A stretch of DNA of 64,000 nucleotides from the NCBI GenBank assembly GCA_902500205.1, contig GCA_902500205.1_4868.1. One strand, given 5' to 3'. This document shows, piece by piece, positions 8,294-17,977 of this stretch; position 1 is the stretch's first letter; the number at the start of each line of letters is the position of its first letter. A program made the translations under genes and the position numbers. This stretch comes from Escherichia coli. GTDB taxonomy: Bacteria; Pseudomonadota; Gammaproteobacteria; Enterobacterales; Enterobacteriaceae. The notes below the pieces were generated by a model. That model worked only from the letters and a program-made list of their open reading frames with translations. It was not told the DNA's origin and ran no database searches.

Positions 8294-11243
8294 CGGTATC
8301 GTGACGGTTGTACGACAGTACGATGTCATCTTTCAAACCGATGTCGCCATTGGCTTCAATATCGAGCTTCTTACCAATTGTAGCTCGCGCTGCTTCGGTA
8401 ATGACAGTGAACAGCCGCAGGTCTTTATCTGGCCCCATATCGTCGAGTTCAACACCGATAATGGCATCGTTAAGCGTATTGCGTAACGCATTACCGATCT
8501 CGGTTGCTGAAACGGTCAGATGTGTTGACAGATAGTCGTTAATGACTTGCGAAGTCCGTTTCCGGATTTGTGCCAGAAGCTCGCTGTTTGCGCGGTTCGC
8601 TGCCGTGAGGTAATATTTGACAGTGAACTGGTTTTCAGCAGGCAGTGGTGACACAACCCCGTCTTCGGTACGTACGTCGATATAACCCATCGTGGTGATA
8701 GGAACAAAGAAGCCTTCAGTTTGCTCCAACAGCAGTGGTTTCAAATTAGGCAGTACCACCGTAACGTAGTTGATGATATTGTCAATTACGCTATTAAGGT
8801 ACGTCTTAACCGCTTTCGAGGTTGCGAACTTATAACGGGCATCAAAGACAGCCATTTCACTACGGAACTTAATACTGCGCGGTTTCGCAATAATAGGCTG
8901 ACCGTTCCCGTCGAAGATTTGCTCCCCAACGTGGTGTGCGATTTCTTGTTCACCGGTGGCCGGGTCTATTTTCGGATCGCCTTTGCGATGCAGGTACGTG
9001 ATTTGCAACGGTGGAACAGCATTAGGGTCGTACGTATACTCAGGCGTTACACCATCGTCTTTGGTTTTAATAACATCCTTTTCCCAATACGCCAGAACAT
9101 CCTTCTGGTAGTATTCGTAGTTGATGCTGTCCGTTACTGCACGTGCTTTTCGCCAGTAATAGGACATGGCTTTACCCAGCTCGATTTTGAAAATCTCATG
9201 AGTAATCCCAATACCATCGCGCGCAGGCGGTACAATCATTGTATCCATTTCAGCGCGTTCGTAATTACCGGGGTAGTAACCCGTACAGCCGTAGAACACG
9301 TTATACTCGGTTAACAACGGTGCAGGTGTGTCCACATCCACTTCGGTGGTGATTCGGGTGTTGTTGATAATCAGCTCATCGTTACGGTCAACATCGAGAT
9401 TGGTTTTCAACAAGAATTCCCATACACGCTCCGAACCTTGACGACCCACTAAGGTGCCGTTGATGTACGCCAACTTACCGTCTGCGTTGCGTGGCGAGAA
9501 GGAAATCTGCGCAAAGACTTGGTCATCACTTAACGCCTGGTATGGCGGTTCTGACTTAGTCACAGTGCGCAGGATATAACCTTCGGCCGTTTTCTCAATC
9601 TGATAATCTGCAGTGACAACACTCAGCTCCGTTGTCACGTTGGTGCTAACGAAACGTTTTGAGTTCAACTGCGGTTTATCGAGTTGGTAAATACGAACAT
9701 CGCAAGATTTGTTGTTAATGTCCACCACGTAATGGAACGGCGTGAACAGGTAACGGTTAGTGTTACCCGCGTTAACCAAATCTTCTTTACGCATGGTCTT
9801 CGCAAGGATGGTCATCTCCGCATCGATTTGCAGACTGGTATCCGTAAAGCGATACAGCGTATCTGGCTCAATTGTCAAACGGTTGCCGTTAATACGGACC
9901 GTCGGCAGTTTCACCAGTTCATCCCAGCTAAAGTACAGCGGGGCGGTGATGGTCCCGATAGGGGAACTCACTTTAGATAACGTGGACTCCGGCATCGGCG
10001 CAGTCAGGAAGTAAGTACGCCCAGTTACGTAATCGTTCGGCTTGGACAAGGTCAGGCCGTAATCCGATACTGTGGCTTCTAACTGTTTCTCTGTTACTGG
10101 CAGTTTGCGAATCCCCACTGCATTGTTTACCACACGGTCACGCAACTCATCAAACGAAAGTTGTGTACGGCCCCCGGTGGCGTAACTGCCTTCTTCCGCA
10201 ACCAGCATTTTGATGGAGAATGATTTCAACGGGTTGATGTATCCCGCATCGTATTCACCGTTCAAGTCTCGCAATGAGAAGGTGTACTCGTCCGCCGGAA
10301 ATGCAGAAACGTCGAGGTCGAGTGGCCCGATGGTCGTATATACGTCCATGCGGATTTCACCACTTACCAGGTTCTTCGCCATGTAGATAGACGGTATCGT
10401 ACAACGAATGGACTGGTTAACGACTTGAATCAGCGCCGTAGGCGTGTTTGGATCGTAAACGTCACGACTGTGCGTGTGGTGGATTTCTGTCCAGGTGTTT
10501 GAATTGGACGGTTTATTCCACACCCGTGCGTAGAAGAACTTGTTGGTGAACGTGCGCGTCATCACAAAAGTGTTCTGCCCCAACAACGTATCGTTCTCGT
10601 CCTTTACACTGTACTGCATCACCGGAATACGGATAGCCAGTATCTGCGACGGTGTGCTAGGAACACTTGTCAGTTCCCAGTCCAACGCGTTAGTGGTTAC
10701 GGGCGATATCGGTGACTGGGTTTCGGTAATCCACAAGACCTGGAAGGCTGGATTATCAACGGTACCATACGGCAGCACTCGAATTTCGATAGGATACTGG
10801 ATGGCAAAGTTGTAACCTGAAACAGTAAAGACGGTATCCCGTGGAATCACGACTTTACGAATACCTGCCACGTTTAACGGCATCGCCTTCGCTAATAGAG
10901 AGTCGACATCTAGAAGCAGCAGTAAGGTCGCTTGTGATGGCTGGGCAAATACATCGACATAATCCACGTCAGACATGTGGCGGAACAGATCGTCGTGAGT
11001 TTGTGCCATAGAGGGGAACATTTTCGGAATGGTGTCCCGATCGCCCTGGATAATCGTGTGGCCCATCGTAATTCCGACCTCGGTCATGTAGACCACCGGG
11101 TCGGTCGGGTCACGTAGCAGGATTTGCCCGTCGGCGTCCTGCACGTCTTGGAGCTGGTTCAGCATTAATGACTGCATTGCTGATGGGTTATGTGCCATCA
11201 GTAGCAAGTCTTTCGATAATGCGTCGTACGTTTTCGTAGTCAT
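8283..11243 (-). CDS. Large virion structural protein (function unassigned)
   Basis: 986-aa uninterrupted ORF, start overlaps stop of upstream minus-strand gene. Confidence 0.55.
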   Translation of the reverse strand: MTTKTYDALSKDLLLMAHNPSAMQSLMLNQLQDVQDADGQILLRDPTDPVVYMTEVGITMGHTIIQGDRDTIPKMFPSMAQTHDDLFRHMSDVDYVDVFAQPSQATLLLLLDVDSLLAKAMPLNVAGIRKVVIPRDTVFTVSGYNFAIQYPIEIRVLPYGTVDNPAFQVLWITETQSPISPVTTNALDWELTSVPSTPSQILAIRIPVMQYSVKDENDTLLGQNTFVMTRTFTNKFFYARVWNKPSNSNTWTEIHHTHSRDVYDPNTPTALIQVVNQSIRCTIPSIYMAKNLVSGEIRMDVYTTIGPLDLDVSAFPADEYTFSLRDLNGEYDAGYINPLKSFSIKMLVAEEGSYATGGRTQLSFDELRDRVVNNAVGIRKLPVTEKQLEATVSDYGLTLSKPNDYVTGRTYFLTAPMPESTLSKVSSPIGTITAPLYFSWDELVKLPTVRINGNRLTIEPDTLYRFTDTSLQIDAEMTILAKTMRKEDLVNAGNTNRYLFTPFHYVVDINNKSCDVRIYQLDKPQLNSKRFVSTNVTTELSVVTADYQIEKTAEGYILRTVTKSEPPYQALSDDQVFAQISFSPRNADGKLAYINGTLVGRQGSERVWEFLLKTNLDVDRNDELIINNTRITTEVDVDTPAPLLTEYNVFYGCTGYYPGNYERAEMDTMIVPPARDGIGITHEIFKIELGKAMSYYWRKARAVTDSINYEYYQKDVLAYWEKDVIKTKDDGVTPEYTYDPNAVPPLQITYLHRKGDPKIDPATGEQEIAHHVGEQIFDGNGQPIIAKPRSIKFRSEMAVFDARYKFATSKAVKTYLNSVIDNIINYVTVVLPNLKPLLLEQTEGFFVPITTMGYIDVRTEDGVVSPLPAENQFTVKYYLTAANRANSELLAQIRKRTSQVINDYLSTHLTVSATEIGNALRNTLNDAIIGVELDDMGPDKDLRLFTVITEAARATIGKKLDIEANGDIGLKDDIVLSYNRHDTEKE

Positions 11244-12505
11244 TACAGTAAGCCCGCTCGTTTAAGGATGAATTGGTAATCTGCCTGATAAACATACCAG
11301 GTCAGTTTACGACGCAGGGAGTCGATGTGCGGATAGCCGTAGTAGTTGAACAGCGGTAGTAGCTGTGGTGCAATCGGCACAAGCTGGTCTTCAGCAATCG
11401 GGATAAAGTTGCCCGCTGCAACACTCCCTGGTTGCGGCATCATATCCGGGTTAAACATAGACACCGTCAAGTTGAACATCTCCATGTACAATGGGTCATC
11501 GAAGCGCGCCCCGATACATTGCCAGTTGAGGTTAATTGTGGTGTCGTCATTTAATTGAGGCTTGGTGTTATCGACATTCGCCATTTGACCGGCGTTATCG
11601 TTCATCGGCCAACAAACACACGCTGTCCAGAAACGAGTGATGTTTCCGAGCGCGTCGTATTTAAACCCGTACATCCTCGACTGGTAGTCAATGCGGCGTT
11701 GGATGGAGTTACGCATCTTCGGTTTGAACTTACCCATCTTAATGCCGGACATATATTCCAGCCACACGCCCATCATTCGCATGATAGGGTTGCCGTATGG
11801 GTTGTTCAGCGACATTGACATGCTGTACTGGTTATTGATTTCATGTGTGGAGTCAACCATACCCCACTGTTCGCGCATTAAACCTTCTTCAGACATCCAG
11901 TTATCGACAGACTGGTCAGGCATCCCCGAGAGGCTCAGCATCTGCGTACTCAGCAATGGTATGAATGCCTGAAGATTGTCAAACATAATGTCCTTCATGA
12001 ATGGCGTGCCCAAACGGTTCTTTCTTCGCCCATCTTCCATCGGTGAATCAGAGAACCCCAATTCAAAATCTGGGTCTAACGCTGCCAGAATGGAATAGTC
12101 GAGTGACGATTTCGGCTGAGAAGCCATGTTCGACATCTTGCGCGAGTTGGCAATGTTGTCAAAGCACAAGTTGAAGTCAGGGCGGGTAATGAAGGTTAGG
12201 CCACCGTACTCACGGTTAACAGGCGTCGGGTTCGACGCCATCATATGGTTGAACCCCATGTAGGGGTTGGTCACACGCTGCGCAGCCAGACCCAAACCTA
12301 ACGTAAGACGGATACGGTCATTCCAACCCGATAACTCATCATTAACGTTGTACGCCGTGGTGGGTTTCGCATCGGACAGTCGACGGTCAAAGTAGTCGGC
12401 GACCGATGGTACTGCATCGATATTATTCGGGTTTTGATACGAATTGTCGTAGTCGGTATTCGGGTCATACCCCGGATCGTTCTTATCGGTCTCGTTACTC
12501 ATCAT
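11243..12505 (-). CDS. Hypothetical structural protein
   Basis: 420-aa ORF starting MM; coupled to the 986-aa gene. Confidence 0.55.
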   Translation of the reverse strand: MMSNETDKNDPGYDPNTDYDNSYQNPNNIDAVPSVADYFDRRLSDAKPTTAYNVNDELSGWNDRIRLTLGLGLAAQRVTNPYMGFNHMMASNPTPVNREYGGLTFITRPDFNLCFDNIANSRKMSNMASQPKSSLDYSILAALDPDFELGFSDSPMEDGRRKNRLGTPFMKDIMFDNLQAFIPLLSTQMLSLSGMPDQSVDNWMSEEGLMREQWGMVDSTHEINNQYSMSMSLNNPYGNPIMRMMGVWLEYMSGIKMGKFKPKMRNSIQRRIDYQSRMYGFKYDALGNITRFWTACVCWPMNDNAGQMANVDNTKPQLNDDTTINLNWQCIGARFDDPLYMEMFNLTVSMFNPDMMPQPGSVAAGNFIPIAEDQLVPIAPQLLPLFNYYGYPHIDSLRRKLTWYVYQADYQFILKRAGLL

Positions 12506-12527
12506 TAACTCCGGAGTTTAGTTAAAA

Positions 12528-13646
12528 ATGGCAGAAAAAACATTTGAGACATCGCTCGTCTCCTTTCTTTCTAAGTTTCCCATGCTGCTTCGCCAGCGGG
12601 CGGAATCGACGGAAGAATTCAACTCTGTGCTGTACAACGAGCACACCACGCTGGTTGAACAAAGTCTGTTGGGCTTAGATTACCTGCCAGGTATTCTGGA
12701 GAAAATCCAAATCCTGCTCGCGGGCAACCAACTTACCGCCATCTCAATTCTGGTAGGTGTTCCTGAGGTTGATATCCTTGGTACGCTTGACCAGGTTAGC
12801 ACCCGTCGTAATGCCCTCGATGCGGCTGCACGTTCGGGTTCTCGCTTAGCGTCTTTCGCAATCGGCGAGTCCTCCCGTCACACGCTGCCGTCATACGATA
12901 AAATCGGGCTTGCGGTCGGTGAATCCCGTCGCCAGAAATCCGATAACAAAGTAGCGACTGAATCGTCCGCAGGTTCTGTGCTGCCGAACAACACGCTGAA
13001 GCTCCTACATGATCAAGAAGGTCTGTCCAACGGTAAAGTGTTCTCTGTTACCTTCGAACGCGACGGTAATAAAGTCGAGCTGCCGATGCGTCTGCGTCTT
13101 GATGTGAAGTCTCTGCCAACCGATGAAATGAAGACGCTGATTGCGTTCAGCGATCAAACCAAAACCTTCTGGGAACGTGTGCTGCGTGCGAAGGTCGGTT
13201 CTCTCAGCTACGCGAAAGATATCGCGCTGTGTAATGACCTCATTGAAGAATACCGTAAGAACCGCTTCCGTGATAAGTCCGGTTATTACCGTAAGATGAT
13301 GGAAAAGAAAAACGCCAACTGGCTGTCTGGCCTGCTGACGCTGAGCCCATCCATCAACAACGCGTCTTCGGTTATGGTGGTTTCTCAAGAAACTATCGAC
13401 GATCTGACTGCTCAGCTGGGCGGTGACTTCGATGATTACAATATCCGCCAGCGTGTGTTCAAAGACACCCTGACTGTTTACTACGTGGTTGTCGACCAGA
13501 CCTGGAACCGTGTAACCATTTATACGCGTGGCCAGACCGGGTCTCAAGAACTCGACAAATCAGACTTTAGCAAGGCGAAGTCCGGTAGCGGCGATGTAAA
13601 CAAAATCATCGATGCCTATCGCGTCGGCGCGAATCCGGTACTGTAA
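12528..13646 (+). CDS. Hypothetical protein
   Basis: 372-aa ORF; GGAG RBS inside palindrome AACTCCGGAGTT. Confidence 0.55.
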   Translation: MAEKTFETSLVSFLSKFPMLLRQRAESTEEFNSVLYNEHTTLVEQSLLGLDYLPGILEKIQILLAGNQLTAISILVGVPEVDILGTLDQVSTRRNALDAAARSGSRLASFAIGESSRHTLPSYDKIGLAVGESRRQKSDNKVATESSAGSVLPNNTLKLLHDQEGLSNGKVFSVTFERDGNKVELPMRLRLDVKSLPTDEMKTLIAFSDQTKTFWERVLRAKVGSLSYAKDIALCNDLIEEYRKNRFRDKSGYYRKMMEKKNANWLSGLLTLSPSINNASSVMVVSQETIDDLTAQLGGDFDDYNIRQRVFKDTLTVYYVVVDQTWNRVTIYTRGQTGSQELDKSDFSKAKSGSGDVNKIIDAYRVGANPVL

Positions 13647-13656
13647 GGGGAAAAGA

Positions 13657-14589
13657 ATGCCGATTCCGAATATGTTGGCGATGTTGCTGCCGAGCTTCGA
13701 AGCCACCAACTTAAAAAACCAACTGTCATCTAACTGCGACTCGATTGCTGCGTTAGAGCCACAGTTCCAGAACCTCCAGGAACTGGTAGGAAGTATCCAG
13801 GGTAAGCCATTTAAAGCGAAGCCTGTTGCTGACCTTTCTACTGAAATCGTTAAGTACCTGCATAGCTCCGGTTTGGAAGTTAAAGGGTTACGTAACGCAA
13901 GTATGCTGGAGTACGTCATCGCGTCTATGCAGAACGTACAGGCGCTGCGACCTTTCCTGGAGCAGTGTATAGACCGTGACATCGGGAAGACGTTGGTGAC
14001 ATCATCTCTAACGTTCAACAAACAAACCGTGTTGCAGTTGCTGGATATGATCGAATTCTTCGTCGGTTACGCTAGCACCCTGATTAACTACATCACGGCC
14101 GAAGAGATTGCCGCTGTACAAGACTCGAACATTGCAGTGAAGGGAATCGGTCCGAAAGACCTTCAGTATCTGCAAACCCGTAAGACGTCTTTCTGTATTG
14201 CGGTGCGCGTCCTGGCAACCCCCATTACCAAACTGAAAGCAGACTACGCTGAGATACCTGAAGCGGTGTTTGACGAAGAGACATATAGCCAATTGGTTCA
14301 GCAGTTCGGTTCGAACACCACTGACCCACTGGGTATGTCCTCCGTTCCGTTCCCGCTGTCGATTATTTACCGCGTGCGTCTGAACATTGCAGAATGGCAA
14401 ATGGATCGTTACGACGAGTGCGTGGAAGCCGCGAAAGCGACTGAGCTGCGTATTCTGTTGTACAAGAAACAACTGGCTGCCGGTGAAGGGGACGTGCACA
14501 TTGAGAAACTCATCGAAGCGCACGAAAAGCGTTTGATGGAACTCAAGTACAAACGTGAACGTCTGGAGAAAAAATACGGTCTGGTCTAA
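13657..14589 (+). CDS. Hypothetical protein
   Basis: Track ORF 13612 trimmed to ATG 13657, preceded by AAGGGGA RBS. Confidence 0.5.
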   Translation: MPIPNMLAMLLPSFEATNLKNQLSSNCDSIAALEPQFQNLQELVGSIQGKPFKAKPVADLSTEIVKYLHSSGLEVKGLRNASMLEYVIASMQNVQALRPFLEQCIDRDIGKTLVTSSLTFNKQTVLQLLDMIEFFVGYASTLINYITAEEIAAVQDSNIAVKGIGPKDLQYLQTRKTSFCIAVRVLATPITKLKADYAEIPEAVFDEETYSQLVQQFGSNTTDPLGMSSVPFPLSIIYRVRLNIAEWQMDRYDECVEAAKATELRILLYKKQLAAGEGDVHIEKLIEAHEKRLMELKYKRERLEKKYGLV

Positions 14590-14612
14590 GACCGTATTAT
14601 CAGGAGAGTCTC

Positions 14613-15170
14613 ATGTTTGACAATGACCAGAATTTTAACCTCGCCGAGAAGTTGATTAAAAACTACATGGCGAAACTGACCCAAAACCCCGTGCTGGTTC
14701 ATGACGACGAACTGATACATGAAACCCTGGAAGCTGCAGCCGTCGTGCTGCCGTATTTCCGCATGATGGGCGCTGACTCTGTCCAACAAGTATTATATGA
14801 CGAATATCCGCAGGTCGGTTTTACGTTTAATACGTTTTATAACGAATCTGCATCGTTCATACTTGACGGTAAACGCCGTACAGTGTCAACAGGACAGTGG
14901 TCCGTTCTTCTGGTATCGTACATGAACGATATCCACTCTACCAAGCAAGTAGAGCGAACCGGTTCCCTGGGCTCACGACTTCTTGCTGCGGCTTACGGCC
15001 GTAGTGGGCAAGTTCGCCAAATGGGAACTGCGCATCAGACGTACACGCCTGACCGGCGTCTATTATCTTATGCAGACCACGAACTGCTGGCACGTTGGTT
15101 GACACGTCCGAACGGGTTATCCGATATGATCTCGTCGTTAGCAGTGTTTTTAAAAATCGCACGTCCCTAA
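14613..15170 (+). CDS. Hypothetical protein
   Basis: 185-aa ORF with GGAG RBS. Confidence 0.5.
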   Translation: MFDNDQNFNLAEKLIKNYMAKLTQNPVLVHDDELIHETLEAAAVVLPYFRMMGADSVQQVLYDEYPQVGFTFNTFYNESASFILDGKRRTVSTGQWSVLLVSYMNDIHSTKQVERTGSLGSRLLAAAYGRSGQVRQMGTAHQTYTPDRRLLSYADHELLARWLTRPNGLSDMISSLAVFLKIARP

Positions 15171-15226
15171 GGGGGCCCCTTATCTAGGGGCGTGTAATTG
15201 GGTTATAACCAAAGGAACCGAAACAA

Positions 15227-16504
15227 ATGGCAAACTTTGTAAAAAGTAAACTCGCCCGCGAGTCCGTTGAAGCTACCGGCGACGTAATCGACGGTCTGAG
15301 CAACGTTGAACCGGCAGAAGAGAACATCGACGTTCAGCTGGCAGAAGTTGCGTCTATCGACGGTCAGCTGGAACAGCTCGATGGTGACCAGGAAACTCTG
15401 GCTGCTGATACCGAGCGTACCGAAGCTGCTATCGACGCTGCTGACGAAAAAATCGAAAACGGTGAAGAGATGCCTGAAGAAGCCATCGCCCACACCGAAG
15501 TGGCGCAGGAATCTATCCGTAAGCGTTGGGCTATCGATCGTACCAAACTGGCGCGCGAATCTTATCGCCGTGGCCGTGGCATGACCAAAGCAGCTCAGGA
15601 AGGCTGGAAAGAAACCCTGAAAGATCTGTTCAAGCGCTTCGTTGAACTGTGTAAAGCAGTTATCGCGAAAGCGAAAGAGCTGAAACTGAAATACATCAAC
15701 GTTGGTAAGTCTGCACAGAAACGTGCGAAAGCTTACCAAGAGATGCTGCGTAAGCTCGGTAAGCAGAAGAAAGAAAACATCTCTGGCGGCTTTATTAGCA
15801 AACTGTCTATCGAAGGCGACTTCGATGTGGCCAACTCCATCGCTATCGCGAAAGAGCTGACCGGCGGTAAAGCGAAAGACGCTATCAACAAGCTGTCCTC
15901 TCAGGCGGCTGACTCTGCCGTAGCGATCACCAAAACTGCAGAAGGTACTGCAACGGCTGCTAAAGGCGCTGTTGAAGTTTCCCTGTTCGGTACCGCTGCT
16001 AAGAAACTGCGCACCCTGCCGCAGTTCGAAGATGGCGAAGGCGGTCAGAAAGTTCTGGCACTGCCAGGCAACGCCTATGTGCAGATCGGTAGCAAAACTC
16101 TGGCCGGCGGCCAGGAGTACACTGCGGTGGCGTTCCTGTCAACTGGCGACTCTACCGACACGAAAGAGATTGCTACCCCGGCAATTACCGCACTGGCGTC
16201 TGCAGCAACCGCTCTTGATGCGATCGGTAAAGGTTTCGAGAAAGTGCTGCAGGACTTCCGCTCCTATGACGCCGAAGTTGAGAAACTGGAGCAGGCTGCT
16301 GCCAAAGCTGCTGCTGCCCTGGATAAATCCAACGACGAAGGCGAGTGGGAAGCACTGCGTAATGCACGTACTGCAGCCGACCAGGCTGTGCGTAACTACC
16401 AGACTCTGAACCGTGCCGTGGCGCATGTTGGTAACACTGTTATCAGCGGCCTGAACGGTTACATCGGTGCTGGTATCGGCGCGCACGAAAAGTCTAAAGC
16501 TTAA
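15227..16504 (+). CDS. Abundant head/internal virion protein, paralog 1 (acidic A-x-E-rich N-terminus)
   Basis: Strong codon bias; N-terminus MANFVKSKLARESVE and C-terminus NGYIGAGIGAHEKSKA shared with next gene. Confidence 0.6.
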   Translation: MANFVKSKLARESVEATGDVIDGLSNVEPAEENIDVQLAEVASIDGQLEQLDGDQETLAADTERTEAAIDAADEKIENGEEMPEEAIAHTEVAQESIRKRWAIDRTKLARESYRRGRGMTKAAQEGWKETLKDLFKRFVELCKAVIAKAKELKLKYINVGKSAQKRAKAYQEMLRKLGKQKKENISGGFISKLSIEGDFDVANSIAIAKELTGGKAKDAINKLSSQAADSAVAITKTAEGTATAAKGAVEVSLFGTAAKKLRTLPQFEDGEGGQKVLALPGNAYVQIGSKTLAGGQEYTAVAFLSTGDSTDTKEIATPAITALASAATALDAIGKGFEKVLQDFRSYDAEVEKLEQAAAKAAAALDKSNDEGEWEALRNARTAADQAVRNYQTLNRAVAHVGNTVISGLNGYIGAGIGAHEKSKA

Positions 16505-16581
16505 TCCGCTTTACGTACCAAACGTCGGTTGACAAATCATTAATGGCGGTACACGGCGTACCGCCTAGAGGATAGAAAAAG

Positions 16582-17841
16582 ATGGCAAACTTTGTAAAAA
16601 GTAAACTCGCGCGTGAATCTGTCGAAGGTACAGGTACTGTCGTTCCGGACGGTATCGAGCTGCCGGCTGAGTCCGTAGAAGGTACTCTGGCTGACATCGA
16701 GCACGACACCAAACCGATCGACCAGCTGGATGCTGAAGCAGATGTGCTGGCAGAAGACGGCGACGAAACCGACGCGCAGCTGGAAGCAGTCGATGCTGCT
16801 GAAGCTGCCGCTGACGGTGAAGGCGAAGATGGCGAAGAGCCAATGGAAGTGGAAGAAGATATGCCTGACGATGCTGCTGAGCAGCTGGACGTTGCGCAGG
16901 AATCTATCCGTAAACGTTGGGCATTCGACCACCGCGTAAGCGTCGCGCAGGAATCTTACGGTGCACGTAAGCGTCGCCAGGTTGCTCGTGAAAGCCTGTG
17001 GGACGACATCAAAGCGTTCCTGCAGCGCATCTACGACTGGCTGAAAGAACAAGGCCGTAAGGTTAAAGACCGTTGGCTGAAGTTCAGCAACCAGGGTAAA
17101 TCCATTCAGGCGCGTGCTAAGAAATATGACGCTGCTCTGCGTGGCCTGGGCAAGCAGAAGAAAGACACCGTTAGCGGTGGGTTCATTAAGAACCTGACCA
17201 CCGGTGGTAAGTTCGTCGGTGACGACATCAACACCCTGAAAGGCGTTATGTCTTCTATCGGCAGCATTTACGCTGAGCAGGATGCAGTTGTTGCAGCCGC
17301 TACCGCTATGGTTGGCGCAGTTGAAGGCGGCAAACTGGGCTCTGGCTTTGCAGCAGCGGTTAACAAAGCAACCGCAGGTAAAGCGGGCGAAGTTCAGCTG
17401 CTGGGCAACCAGATCGGTAAAGCCGAAGTGAAAGTGAATGGGGATGACCTGGAAGCTTCCTTCACTGTTATCGACGCCGAAGGTAGCGTAGAGCAGTCTG
17501 TTTCTACTCCGTCTGCTCAGACTCTGTCTTCCCTGGTTGCGTTCTTCAACCAGCTGGGTAAAGCAGTCGAAGAGAACGTGAAAGCATACCACAAAAATAA
17601 CCAGGCTCAAGAGCGTTACGAGCAGGCTATTGAGAAACTGCTGAAACGTATCGACGGCGTGAAGATCGACGACAACGCAGAACTGACTTCCAACGTCCGT
17701 GTTGCACGTCGTGCAATCACCGTTGCGAACCAGTACATCTCCTGGACCGAACGTTGCGTTGCAACCGGCCAGAAAAACCTGATCGCCGGCGTTAACGGCT
17801 ACATCAGCGCTGGTATCGGTGCGTATGAAAAGTCTAAGTAA
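16582..17841 (+). CDS. Abundant head/internal virion protein, paralog 2
   Basis: Starts MANFVKSKLARESVE, ends NGYISAGIGAYEKSK; tandem duplicate of 15227..16504. Confidence 0.6.
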   Translation: MANFVKSKLARESVEGTGTVVPDGIELPAESVEGTLADIEHDTKPIDQLDAEADVLAEDGDETDAQLEAVDAAEAAADGEGEDGEEPMEVEEDMPDDAAEQLDVAQESIRKRWAFDHRVSVAQESYGARKRRQVARESLWDDIKAFLQRIYDWLKEQGRKVKDRWLKFSNQGKSIQARAKKYDAALRGLGKQKKDTVSGGFIKNLTTGGKFVGDDINTLKGVMSSIGSIYAEQDAVVAAATAMVGAVEGGKLGSGFAAAVNKATAGKAGEVQLLGNQIGKAEVKVNGDDLEASFTVIDAEGSVEQSVSTPSAQTLSSLVAFFNQLGKAVEENVKAYHKNNQAQERYEQAIEKLLKRIDGVKIDDNAELTSNVRVARRAITVANQYISWTERCVATGQKNLIAGVNGYISAGIGAYEKSK

Positions 17842-17852
17842 TTAGACTGGCG

Positions 17853-17893
17853 AATCCCCCACTTCGGTGGGGGATTTACCCTTTCTTTTTTTG
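17853..17893 (+). terminator. Rho-independent terminator
   Basis: Hairpin aatcccccac-TTCG-gtgggggatt plus T-run. Confidence 0.75.
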
Positions 17894-17909
17894 TCTCGGA
17901 TTAGAAAAG

Positions 17910-17935
17910 ATTTCAGATATATATTACCTAGGTGA
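17910..17935 (+). promoter_or_regulatory. Phage promoter-like element, class 1 (ATTTCAGATATATATTACCTAGGTGA)
   Basis: Exact 26-mer also at 27030 and, with one mismatch, at 55847; always after a terminator and before a gene. Confidence 0.55.
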
Positions 17936-17977
17936 GATTGCATTGGTAATCTTTTAACCGACTATCACTTAAGGAAT

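Noticed and set aside
15168-15182. Palindrome taagggggcccctta after gene 14613..15170 considered as a terminator
   Set aside because: No T-run follows; more likely a 5'-UTR structure for the next gene.
16529-16534. Perfect sigma70 -35 hexamer TTGACA between the two paralogous head genes
   Set aside because: No TATAAT-like -10 at 16-18 bp spacing; likely chance.
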